Source: Acetatifactor sp. (GTDB lineage Bacteria; Bacillota; Clostridia; Lachnospirales; Lachnospiraceae). Taken from it: 64,000 nt of DNA. Shown in pieces: positions 28,981 through 38,316 of the stretch (position 1 is its first letter; every line of letters begins with the position of its first letter). The stretch is taken from the NCBI GenBank assembly GCA_045123675.1, contig JBGVKL010000086.1, forward strand, positions 29,860-93,859, written 5' to 3'. The translations under genes were made by a program, and so were the position numbers. The notes below the pieces were generated by a model. It did no database searches. It was not told where the DNA came from and worked only from the letters and a program-made list of their open reading frames with translations.

Positions 28981-29574
28981 TTATATATCGGCATTTTCCT
29001 GAATATATGTAACGATTTCTTCCAGACAATCCTCCAGGGAATTATTGTAAAAACTTTTCGTGATTTCTGCCTCGGCTATTTTTTCCTCACTAAAGTCTTT
29101 ACTGTCTGCCAGAAACCGACGACACATTTCCTCATACTTAGGACTCTCCTGTGCCCTTTCCCGGTCCAAGGCTCTTTGCAGACGCACACCATCATCCAAT
29201 GTGATAAAGACCGGAAGCACCTTATCCTTTCCAAAGTAATCGCGAATCTGTGTATATGCCTCCAATGTACCGATAATGCAGTAATTGTTTGCACATAAAT
29301 CTACGGAAGCATCTGCCACGGTAAAATATCTCCACAAACCATGTACCGTATTATAAGCTCTGGCCTCAATAATCTTTCCCTGCGCCAGAAGCTTCTGATA
29401 CCCGGTTTCGTCCGTAAAGTGATACTCCACGCCTTCCCTCTCGCCTACGCGAATGGGTCTGGTTGTATAGGGAACGATGGTTTTCAAACCCAAATCTTCC
29501 CGCTCTAAGAGCCTTTTAAAAATAGTATCCTTTCCGGAGGAGCTTTTCCCCATCAGGCAGATGATTTTTCCCAT
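28981..29574 (-). CDS. Guanylate-kinase-like nucleoside monophosphate kinase
   Basis: P-loop GKSSSGKDT and TTRPIRVGEREGVEYHF; lacks the canonical Gmk YGT motif. Confidence 0.8.
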   Translation of the reverse strand: MGKIICLMGKSSSGKDTIFKRLLEREDLGLKTIVPYTTRPIRVGEREGVEYHFTDETGYQKLLAQGKIIEARAYNTVHGLWRYFTVADASVDLCANNYCIIGTLEAYTQIRDYFGKDKVLPVFITLDDGVRLQRALDRERAQESPKYEEMCRRFLADSKDFSEEKIAEAEITKSFYNNSLEDCLEEIVTYIQENADI

Positions 29575-29577
29575 AAA

Positions 29578-30993
29578 TTATTTTACCTCAAGTACTCGAA
29601 TCATATTAGTTTTACCCGCAACACCAAGAGGTAAACCGGCTGTAATTACTACGGTATCCCCACTCTTTACATAACCGGCTTTCTTTGCCTCTTCTGCCGC
29701 ATGTACGAAAAGTACATCTGCAGAATACTCATTATCAATCGCGAGAGGCTTCACACCGTATAACAAGTTCATCTGACGGCAAACCTGAGGATTGGTACTG
29801 CAACCGATAATCTGGCAGTCCGGCTTATATCTTGCTACCATCTCTGCTGTAAATCCGGACAAGGTAACGGTAATAATTGCTGCTGCATTTAAATCCATTG
29901 CCACACTACAGGTTGCAAAGGAAATTGCAGTAGTAGTGTCACTGTGTCCCTCCACACCAAAACGATACATTCTGGCACGATAGTCGATATCCTTTTCCGC
30001 ACATTCTGCTATTCTCGCCATGGTATTTACTGCCTCAATCGGGTACAAGCCTGCTGCGGATTCGCCGGAAAGCATGATTGCTGTAGTACCGTCATAAATC
30101 GCATTAGCAATATCCGTTGCTTCCGCACGGGTAGGTCTGGGATTCTTCATCATAGACTCTAACATCTGTGTTGCAGTAATAACATGCTTACCTTTTGCTA
30201 CAGCCTTCTTAATCAGACGCTTCTGCAAAACCGGTACCTCTTCCAAAGGAACCTCAACACCCAAGTCACCACGCGCTACCATAATTCCGTCAGCTACTTC
30301 CAGAATTTCTTCCACATTTTCAATACCCTGCATATTTTCAATCTTTGCAATAATCTTCATGGGGCTGTTCTTAGCATCCAGAATTTTACGAACTTCCAAA
30401 ATATCTTCCTTGGTTCTGGCAAAGGATGCTGCCAAAAAGTCAAAGCCCATTTCAGCACCAAACTCAATATCTGCACGGTCCACATCACTGATATAAGGCA
30501 TGGACAGTACTACTCCCGGAACATTTACGCCCTTATGGTTGGAAACAAAGCCTCCGTTGATTACACGGCAGACGATATCCTTTTTGGTAATCTCCTCTAC
30601 CTTCATTTCAATCAAACCATCGTCAATCAAGATGGTAGAACCTACTTCAATATCATTCTTCAAATTCTTGTAAGAAATCGCAGCCTTCTCGCTGTTACCC
30701 ATTATCTCTTCGGTGGTCAATGTAAAGGTCTGTCCTGCCTTTAATTCTACTTTTCCGCCTTCAAAATCACGCAAACGGATTTCCGGACCCTTGGTATCAA
30801 TTAATGTTGCTACCGGCATGTTCAGCTCTTCTCTAACCTTTACCATACGTTCATACTTTATTTTCTGCTCCTCATGGGTTCCGTGGGAGAAATTAAATCT
30901 GGCAACATTCATACCTGCCAGCATTAACTCCTTTAATCTTTCTTCACTTTCACTGGATGGTCCAATGGTACAAATAATTTTTGTCTTTCTCAT
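29578..30993 (-). CDS. pyk: Pyruvate kinase (short form)
   Basis: RKTKIICTIGP, ARFNFSHG, DTKGPEIR, AKIEN, MVARGDLG, TQMLESM, MLSGESA. Confidence 0.98.
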   Translation of the reverse strand: MRKTKIICTIGPSSESEERLKELMLAGMNVARFNFSHGTHEEQKIKYERMVKVREELNMPVATLIDTKGPEIRLRDFEGGKVELKAGQTFTLTTEEIMGNSEKAAISYKNLKNDIEVGSTILIDDGLIEMKVEEITKKDIVCRVINGGFVSNHKGVNVPGVVLSMPYISDVDRADIEFGAEMGFDFLAASFARTKEDILEVRKILDAKNSPMKIIAKIENMQGIENVEEILEVADGIMVARGDLGVEVPLEEVPVLQKRLIKKAVAKGKHVITATQMLESMMKNPRPTRAEATDIANAIYDGTTAIMLSGESAAGLYPIEAVNTMARIAECAEKDIDYRARMYRFGVEGHSDTTTAISFATCSVAMDLNAAAIITVTLSGFTAEMVARYKPDCQIIGCSTNPQVCRQMNLLYGVKPLAIDNEYSADVLFVHAAEEAKKAGYVKSGDTVVITAGLPLGVAGKTNMIRVLEVK

Positions 30994-31012
30994 AATGCTC
31001 CTCTTTCTCTAC

Positions 31013-32467
31013 TTATATATAGCTATCGGTCTTTTGACCTGATTCACTCTTCTTTAATACACAGACTTTCGTCTCTGCGTCAATTCCCTGTACGGACAAG
31101 CCTGCTTCCAAACTATTGTGTAACAGTTGAATAATTTCGCTACTCAGCTGTTCTCCCGGCACAATAATAGGTGTTCCCGGCGGATACAAATTGATAAAAT
31201 CACCTGCCGCACGTCCTATAGCCTGGGTAAGCTCTACTCGTTCCTTCTCTGCATCCCAAGCTTTGTATATAGAAAGCGCTTCACACGCTTGCACAGTCAC
31301 CCCTGTTTCATGCATTTTCTGCTCTTTCACTGCCGAATCTTTTGCAAGCTTCCGGTCCAAATCTAATACTGCCTGTGTCAGCCGTTCAAATCCTTCCTCC
31401 GTATCCCCCACCGTAAACATGGCCAATACATAGCTTTCGCAAGCCATTTCCAGTTGCAGGTGATACTGTTCTAATAATATATCATAAAACCTACGTCCTG
31501 ATAAACCCATTCCTTTCACAGATAGGACTAATTTCCCAATATCGTGCTTTTTTTCCGCACACTCTTCAAAACTCTTCGGTAAAATATTTATATTTTCACA
31601 AGCTTCCAGACGCTTCAGCATACGCTTCCACTGTTGCATGAAGCAAGCAAATGCCTCCTTCTGTTCCGTGGCAATACGGATTGCCTCCTCCATACTTGCC
31701 ATTAACACATAGGAAGGACTACTGGTCTGATAAATATGCAGAAAACGCTTCAATATTTCCCGGTTCACACGTTCGCCATTACAATGCAACAGCGCTGTCT
31801 GTGTCATAGAAGGTAATGTTTTGTGCAGACTGTGAATCACCACATCCGCACCCATTTGGCAACTGTTCTTCGCAAAATCCTCTCCAAAACCCAAATGTGC
31901 TCCATGAGCCTCATCCACAATCAAAGGAAGTCCTTTTTCATGTACTACTTTGGCAATCTCCGCCACATCTGCAATTCTACCCTCATAGGTGGGTGACACA
32001 ATCAGTACCGCACCTGCTTGCGGATATTTCTCCAGTGCTTCACGCACTTGCTCTACAGTTACCGCTTCACATATATCATACTCTTCCAATATCTGCGGAT
32101 AAATATACCGCAGGGTCAGCTGTCTTAAGTAAGCAGCATGATACACCGACTTGTGACAATTGCGTGCTATCAACAACTCTCCGCCAAAAGGAACCGCTGC
32201 ACTGACCGCGCTCAAAATTCCTCCGGTACTGCCATTCACTAAATAAAAGCTTTCGTCCGCCCCATAGGCTTCTGCCGCCTTTTCCTGCAACTCCTTAAGT
32301 ATCTCCTCCGGTTGATGCAAATTATCAAAACCGTCTATCTCCGTAATATCGAACTGCGTCCATTTCTCCGGCAGCTCGCCTACCGGGTTCCTTTTATGCC
32401 CCGGCATATGATATGGGTAAAAATCACTTTCACTATATTCAGTTAGCTTCTTTAATAATATACCCAA
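31013..32467 (-). CDS. Orn/Lys/Arg decarboxylase (YaaO-like, PLP-dependent)
   Basis: HMPGHK, LVNGST, RNCHKS, DEAHGAH, SLHKTLP (PLP lysine), QTSSPSY, YPPG. Confidence 0.92.
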   Translation of the reverse strand: MGILLKKLTEYSESDFYPYHMPGHKRNPVGELPEKWTQFDITEIDGFDNLHQPEEILKELQEKAAEAYGADESFYLVNGSTGGILSAVSAAVPFGGELLIARNCHKSVYHAAYLRQLTLRYIYPQILEEYDICEAVTVEQVREALEKYPQAGAVLIVSPTYEGRIADVAEIAKVVHEKGLPLIVDEAHGAHLGFGEDFAKNSCQMGADVVIHSLHKTLPSMTQTALLHCNGERVNREILKRFLHIYQTSSPSYVLMASMEEAIRIATEQKEAFACFMQQWKRMLKRLEACENINILPKSFEECAEKKHDIGKLVLSVKGMGLSGRRFYDILLEQYHLQLEMACESYVLAMFTVGDTEEGFERLTQAVLDLDRKLAKDSAVKEQKMHETGVTVQACEALSIYKAWDAEKERVELTQAIGRAAGDFINLYPPGTPIIVPGEQLSSEIIQLLHNSLEAGLSVQGIDAETKVCVLKKSESGQKTDSYI

Positions 32468-32491
32468 TATCTCAACCTCTAATTATTATTC

Positions 32492-33241
32492 TTAAAAATT
32501 CCACTTTTTCTTGTCAAAGAAATCATCAATCGACTTTACAATCTGCTTCGGATCCATGGTTTTCAATAAATATCCTTCCGGATGAAGCGCTGAAACACTG
32601 CATACACTTTCCCTGTCATTTTTGTTGGTCAGGAAAATTACCGGAATATCCGCAAAATCTTCCTCTGCGCGAATCATCTCCAATACCTGCCGTCCGTCGC
32701 ATATAGGCATTTCATAATCCAACAGTACCAAATCCGGACGCTTCATAACCATACACTTAATTGCCATGGCACCGGAATTCGCCAGAATCACCTGATACTT
32801 GTCCTCCAGCCAGCTCTTGATACTACGCAGTGCCACGCCGGAATCATCCACTACCAGAATCTTTCTCTTGTATGAATTAGTATCTTCCCGCAAAAATCCA
32901 TCGATTGTCTCTGCCGCTTCCTTCAGATTAATCGGTCGCGGAAACTGCTTTTTAATAAACTGCTCCGCAATCGTAGTCTTAACATCCTCTATCTGGTTTG
33001 TATCGCCCATAACAAAAAGCGGAATATTGGTTTCAATTAATACATCCTTCAAATAGACATATCCCTTTATGTCTACATCTTCTACATAAAGAATGATTAA
33101 ATCCACATCATCTTTTACCCTCTCAATTTCACTGGGGTTATTATCCACGCAAGTTACTACATGACCACAATCCTCCAACTGTCTTACCAGAGATGACACA
33201 ATAAAATATTTCTTTTGTGAAATTAATAAAACATTTGCCAT
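32492..33241 (-). CDS. Response regulator: degenerate REC plus intact REC, no output domain
   Basis: C-terminal VVDD/LLDYEMP/FLT/LLK; the N-terminal REC-like domain lacks the acidic pocket. Confidence 0.85.
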   Translation of the reverse strand: MANVLLISQKKYFIVSSLVRQLEDCGHVVTCVDNNPSEIERVKDDVDLIILYVEDVDIKGYVYLKDVLIETNIPLFVMGDTNQIEDVKTTIAEQFIKKQFPRPINLKEAAETIDGFLREDTNSYKRKILVVDDSGVALRSIKSWLEDKYQVILANSGAMAIKCMVMKRPDLVLLDYEMPICDGRQVLEMIRAEEDFADIPVIFLTNKNDRESVCSVSALHPEGYLLKTMDPKQIVKSIDDFFDKKKWNF

Positions 33242-33253
33242 ATGACCCTCCGC

Positions 33254-34279
33254 CTAATATGTATTCTCCAAATTCTGTATAAGCTCTTTTATCATCGCTA
33301 AAATCTTCTCCAAAGCTACATCTGCCACGTATGCGTTTAACAGCTCCAGCGCTTTCCTGCAACTATCCGGCAGTTCGTAGGTATTTATACACTTTAACGC
33401 CGCATCCACACTATCTATGTCAAACGCCTCTACTGCTTCTTCCATGCTCCTCAGACACTCTATAATTGTATCTTTTGAAACTTGTTCTTTCTGCGAAGAT
33501 TCCAGCTTTTCAAACGGTGCCAAAATCTCCTTATACTGTCGCAACGTTTTCAGTACCTTGGGTGTTCCTTTTTTAACCTCTTCCATATTACCACTATTTC
33601 CCAGATTTTCCAAGTCGGCAAAATCCTTTGACAGTTCTATCGCACCAATCAATCTGGCACAATTTTTTAAAGCATGGACCTCTATGGTGTATTCCTTCAG
33701 TTTTTTCTCTGCCAAGCTCTTTACCAATACCACAGACTTTAAATCAATCAAGTGATAGAAATCACTCAAAAGCGTTTCAAAAAGCTCTTTACCCCCACAA
33801 TTCTTAATGCCTTCTGCAGCATCAATACCCGCCTCTTTCAAAATTGTGTAAGCTTCTTCGGTTTCTTCCGTCACCATTCCTTCCTTTGCGTATCGTTTTT
33901 CCCGAGGCAGCCATTTCTCTAAAATAGTCTCCAGCTGTGCTTTTTCTATAGGTTTTAACAAAATATCATTCATTCCGGCCTCATAAAAAATATCCCGGAC
34001 ATCCTCTCTGTCATCCCCCGTCAATGCAATAACCGGCACCTCCCGACAATCACTTCCTTCCAATTCGCGAAGCTTCTGTGTTGTTTCCACACCGTCCATC
34101 TGAGGCATCCGATAATCCATAAAAATCAAGTGATACTTTTTCTCCTGCACCTTTTCCAGAGCCACTTTACCACTGTCTGCTGTGTCCGCATGCAAACCAT
34201 ATCCTTTTAAAAGCGATACTGTCAATTTTAAGTTCATTGCATTATCATCTACAACTAATATCTGACAGTCTTCCATCAT
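33254..34279 (-). CDS. REC-Hpt phosphorelay protein
   Basis: VVDDN, FMDYRMP, ALT, LKP, then Hpt motif EVHALKNCARLIGA. Confidence 0.88.
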   Translation of the reverse strand: MMEDCQILVVDDNAMNLKLTVSLLKGYGLHADTADSGKVALEKVQEKKYHLIFMDYRMPQMDGVETTQKLRELEGSDCREVPVIALTGDDREDVRDIFYEAGMNDILLKPIEKAQLETILEKWLPREKRYAKEGMVTEETEEAYTILKEAGIDAAEGIKNCGGKELFETLLSDFYHLIDLKSVVLVKSLAEKKLKEYTIEVHALKNCARLIGAIELSKDFADLENLGNSGNMEEVKKGTPKVLKTLRQYKEILAPFEKLESSQKEQVSKDTIIECLRSMEEAVEAFDIDSVDAALKCINTYELPDSCRKALELLNAYVADVALEKILAMIKELIQNLENTY

Positions 34280-34299
34280 AAGCTTTATCTTCTCCTTTA

Positions 34300-35151
34300 T
34301 TATTTATTAAAATAAGCCAGGCTAAAGGTTCCCGGACCACTGTTACAAGAAATGGTGGCCGAAGCTTTTACCACATAAATATGCTTCCACTCCACTTTCT
34401 TCCTGACCTCTGTTACAATAAATTGCTGTAAATCGTAATCACAACCTGCTATTACAATAAAAAGCACCTCGTCGGATATTTTATTTACATTGCTCAATCT
34501 CTTGTTTATATAACTTCTTGCGTACTGATATTCATTTCCAAAGCAAAATCCGCTATGGGTAAATGCACTGTTATGCAGAGTAACCATAGGATGCAGCGAC
34601 AATGCCTCCAAACGATTGACCCCTATTCCGCGCATTCGCCTGTTATACATCAAAAACTTCAGGGAACGAACCACAAAACTGCAGTTAATCCGCTCTCGGA
34701 CACTTTCCAGCTTCTGCAAAATAATGTCCTTTGTAGCTCCTTTTTTTGCCAAATCTGCTGCCACCAGAACAAACAAACCCATGCCTCCTGACACCTTACC
34801 GGAGTCCACCACCTGAACACAGGGAAAATTCTTTGCGGCCTCCATTGCATTTCTATAACCGTTGCTGATATGTTTTGCCACGGATATATGAATCACACTA
34901 TGCTTCCCGTTCCCTGAAATCTCCTGAAAAAACTTTCCGTATTCTTCTACAGAAGCACTCATAGTCGCAAGCATTGTGTCATCCTGTGCCATATACTCCA
35001 GAATACTATCCGAATTAATTTCCGTAATATCCTGAAAACGCGCACTTCCCACCTGCATATAATAGCACATAATGGGAATAGAATATTTATCTACCAAATT
35101 CTGAGGCAGGTCACAGACACAGTCTGTGGAGATAATGACTCTACTTACCAT
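34300..35151 (-). CDS. DegV/FakB family fatty-acid-binding protein, divergent
   Basis: ISTDCVCDLP, VVDSGKVSGGMG, GPGT; 283 aa; start overlaps the upstream kinase stop. Confidence 0.8.
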   Translation of the reverse strand: MVSRVIISTDCVCDLPQNLVDKYSIPIMCYYMQVGSARFQDITEINSDSILEYMAQDDTMLATMSASVEEYGKFFQEISGNGKHSVIHISVAKHISNGYRNAMEAAKNFPCVQVVDSGKVSGGMGLFVLVAADLAKKGATKDIILQKLESVRERINCSFVVRSLKFLMYNRRMRGIGVNRLEALSLHPMVTLHNSAFTHSGFCFGNEYQYARSYINKRLSNVNKISDEVLFIVIAGCDYDLQQFIVTEVRKKVEWKHIYVVKASATISCNSGPGTFSLAYFNK

Positions 35152-37264
35152 TTTCTCCCTCCTCCTCATAACAAATATACTCTTCCGGCAACCATTTCAG
35201 TAAGGTTTTCTGCAGTTCCACCTTTTCTATAGGCTTAGAGACAAAATCCTGAAAGCCCGAACTTAAGAACATTTCCTTCATACCGCTGACTGCATTTGCA
35301 GTAAATGCCACAATCGGTATCCTGCGTAATTCCGCCTTCTCTGATTCCCGGATGTGTTTTACCGTTTCTACTCCATCCATCTCCGGCATCATATGATCCA
35401 TATATACCAAATCAAATGACTGACTGTTCAATAAAGCAATTGCTTCTTCTCCACTCATTGCAGTGGTTACATTCATTTGATACGGTCGCAGTAATCCTAC
35501 TGCCACCTTCAAGTTCATCTGATTATCATCCACCACCAATACCTTAGCATTTTGCGCCGTAAATTGGATACTCGGCTGTATCTTCTTCGCTGTGTTGAAA
35601 CTTATTTTTTCCTTGTTCAACACATTCCCAATGGTCAGACAGTACAACGGCTTGTACAAGGTCTGCACTTTTCCTTCCGTGGGTTCATAGCCAATCCTAT
35701 CCTGTAAAACAATAACCTCCAGCTTCTGCGCCATCTCTGCAAAAAAAGCTTTATCCTCCAGATATTCTTCCTTCCCCGTAAAAAGATGGGTACAGTTATG
35801 CGTATCCAGCCAGCGTCCGGTTACCTCTTTCGTTGTGCAACAATGTACTTCTACACCGAAGCCCGTGCCCATGGTTTCGATAATCTGTTGATAACCTTCC
35901 TTGACAAACTCCGAACCAAACTTTTTCATGTTGATATAATAAAGTAGCTCCAGCTTCTGCGGCTCCTTCAAAGAAACAATAGGCTTCTCCTGCATTACTT
36001 TCTGTGGAATAATTACTTTAAACTCTGTTCCCTTACCATATTCGCTATCTACCAGAATTACACCATTCATCATCTGAACCAACAGCTTTGTAATGGGAAG
36101 ACCCAGACCGGTTCCCTCAATTGCATGATTTCTTTTGGTATCCACCTGGCTGAAAGAAGTAAAAATCTTTCCTATCGCCTCTTCTTCAATACCAATACCA
36201 CTATCCTTTACCGAAATAATCAGATTGATTCCGTAGCTTTCCTGTCTGGCACTGACCGATAAAAGAATTCCACCCTGATTGGTAAATTTTACTGCGTTCG
36301 TCAACAAATTAATTATAATTTGTCTCAATCGGATTTTATCACCATATAAACGCTCCGGCACCTTAGGATCCACGTTTACCATAAACTCTAAGGCTTTACC
36401 GCCTTTACGGGCCACCGTCATATTAATAACATCATTTAACAGTGCCGACAAACTATACTCTTCACAAACCAGCTCCATCTTTCCGGACTCGATTTTAGAA
36501 AAATCCAATAAATCGTTAATGATTCCCAACAGATTTTCTCCGGATGACCGAATGTTTTCACAGTTTTCACGAAGGTTCTCCGAAAGCTCTTCCTGCAAAG
36601 ACAATTCACACATACCCATAATTGCATTCATGGGGGTACGTATTTCATGGCTCATATTTGCCAGGAAATTGCTTTTCGCCTTGTTCGCTTCATCCATTTT
36701 TTGAAGCAGCTTATTCTGTTCGTCTTCAAACTCATTAATCCTTACAAAAATAATGAGGCACACTACTGCAATTGCCCAATAAACCATAGGAAAACGTAAC
36801 AGATACTCTTCCGTATACCGATAACCGTACTGGTGCAAAGGAGTCCACATATAGCATGATAAAATAAAACCGACCAGGAAAGAAACAATCGTTCCGTAAT
36901 ACAGTCCCAGAAAATACATTCCCGCTACCGGCACCATAAACATCCAGATAATACTGAAACCGTCAGCACCTCCACTTACCATAAAATAAGTCATCAAACC
37001 CGTAAAAAAGATAATGGTATTATAGGTAGCCCAGCGCATGGTTTTAGTTGCATACAGAAAACACATGCTGATAAGCAACCATACAGCAATCACTGCATTC
37101 ACAATCACCATCGTTTTATTTTGCGTAAAAAGGCATACAATACTCATTACCAGAGAATATACACCGAAAATCATATAACAACCGGCATATACTTCCCTTT
37201 TTACTCTTTTGCCTTTTTCACGAAGCTTATTAATATACTTCCAGAACTCCTTTATTCCGTCCAT
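35141..37264 (-). CDS. Membrane hybrid histidine kinase (multi-TM, HisKA, HATPase, pseudo-REC, REC)
   Basis: [46 protein letters not shown]. Confidence 0.92.
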   Translation of the reverse strand: MDGIKEFWKYINKLREKGKRVKREVYAGCYMIFGVYSLVMSIVCLFTQNKTMVIVNAVIAVWLLISMCFLYATKTMRWATYNTIIFFTGLMTYFMVSGGADGFSIIWMFMVPVAGMYFLGLYYGTIVSFLVGFILSCYMWTPLHQYGYRYTEEYLLRFPMVYWAIAVVCLIIFVRINEFEDEQNKLLQKMDEANKAKSNFLANMSHEIRTPMNAIMGMCELSLQEELSENLRENCENIRSSGENLLGIINDLLDFSKIESGKMELVCEEYSLSALLNDVINMTVARKGGKALEFMVNVDPKVPERLYGDKIRLRQIIINLLTNAVKFTNQGGILLSVSARQESYGINLIISVKDSGIGIEEEAIGKIFTSFSQVDTKRNHAIEGTGLGLPITKLLVQMMNGVILVDSEYGKGTEFKVIIPQKVMQEKPIVSLKEPQKLELLYYINMKKFGSEFVKEGYQQIIETMGTGFGVEVHCCTTKEVTGRWLDTHNCTHLFTGKEEYLEDKAFFAEMAQKLEVIVLQDRIGYEPTEGKVQTLYKPLYCLTIGNVLNKEKISFNTAKKIQPSIQFTAQNAKVLVVDDNQMNLKVAVGLLRPYQMNVTTAMSGEEAIALLNSQSFDLVYMDHMMPEMDGVETVKHIRESEKAELRRIPIVAFTANAVSGMKEMFLSSGFQDFVSKPIEKVELQKTLLKWLPEEYICYEEEGENGK

Positions 37265-37274
37265 ACTGTCCCTC

Positions 37275-38315
37275 TTATTCTACAAGCAAACGTTCCAATT
37301 CCCCTCTTGTTTCAAAGAAAATATCCAAAATCTCCGGTTCAAAGCTTTCTCCCCGGTCTTTTTCCATAATGGCAAAAGCCTGGTCTATGCTCATCCCCTC
37401 CTTGTATTGACGCTTGGATACCAATGCATCAAATACATCTGTCACAGCCAAAATTCTTGCAGAAAGAGGAATATCTTTTCCTGCCAATCCCTCCGGATAT
37501 CCCTTACCATTCCATTTCTCATGATGGTACTGTGCCATATCACAGGCCACCTTCAAAAAGTCCGGTGAAACCATCTGATTCATGTTCTTACTTAGCATAT
37601 CAGCTCCTGCTTTCGCATGAGTCTTAATCGTTTCATACTCTTCCACAGAAAGCTTGCCCGGCTTGGTTAACACTGCATCCGGAATGGTGATTTTGCCGAC
37701 ATCATGAAGCGGTGCCGCATTTCTCATGTTTTCCAGAAATTGTACCGTCAGTTCTTCCTTATACAAACCCTTCTCCAGCATTTTTTCGGCAAGAAGCATA
37801 GTGTAAATACTGGTTCGCTTAACATGCTCACCGGTGGTACCGTCTCGACTTTCAATAACGTTTGCCATGGTCACAATGACATCGTGCTGCATTCTGGTAA
37901 TCTGTGCCAGCTGCGCCACTACCATTTTTTCCAGACTCTTACGGTACTCTTCCAATTCTATGGTACGGGTCACTCTTTTTATCATTATCTGAGGAACAAA
38001 TGGCTTACCGATATAATCCACCGCTCCCATATCAAAGCATTTTTCTTCTGCTTCACTACTTCTGTCCGCCGTTAGAAAAATAACAGGAATCTTGCACCAT
38101 TTTTCGTGTGCCCGAAGCTTATCCATTACCTCATAGCCATTCATCTCCGGCATCTGAATATCCAACAAAATCAGACTGGGTTCATTTTTGCTCAAATATT
38201 CCAAGCCTTTTTCCCCTGAGTTAACTGCAGCCACCCTGTACTCATCAGAAAGTAGCTTCTGTGCAATGATCAGATTGGACTTGTCATCATCAATTACCAG
38301 AATTGTCTTTTTCAT
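37275..38315 (-). CDS. REC-HD-GYP (RpfG-like) cyclic-dinucleotide phosphodiesterase
   Basis: REC LLDIQMP; TGEHVKR, LHDVGK, HHEKWNGKGYP, DVFDAL, all intact. Confidence 0.93.
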   Translation of the reverse strand: MKKTILVIDDDKSNLIIAQKLLSDEYRVAAVNSGEKGLEYLSKNEPSLILLDIQMPEMNGYEVMDKLRAHEKWCKIPVIFLTADRSSEAEEKCFDMGAVDYIGKPFVPQIMIKRVTRTIELEEYRKSLEKMVVAQLAQITRMQHDVIVTMANVIESRDGTTGEHVKRTSIYTMLLAEKMLEKGLYKEELTVQFLENMRNAAPLHDVGKITIPDAVLTKPGKLSVEEYETIKTHAKAGADMLSKNMNQMVSPDFLKVACDMAQYHHEKWNGKGYPEGLAGKDIPLSARILAVTDVFDALVSKRQYKEGMSIDQAFAIMEKDRGESFEPEILDIFFETRGELERLLVE

Positions 38316-38316
38316 T

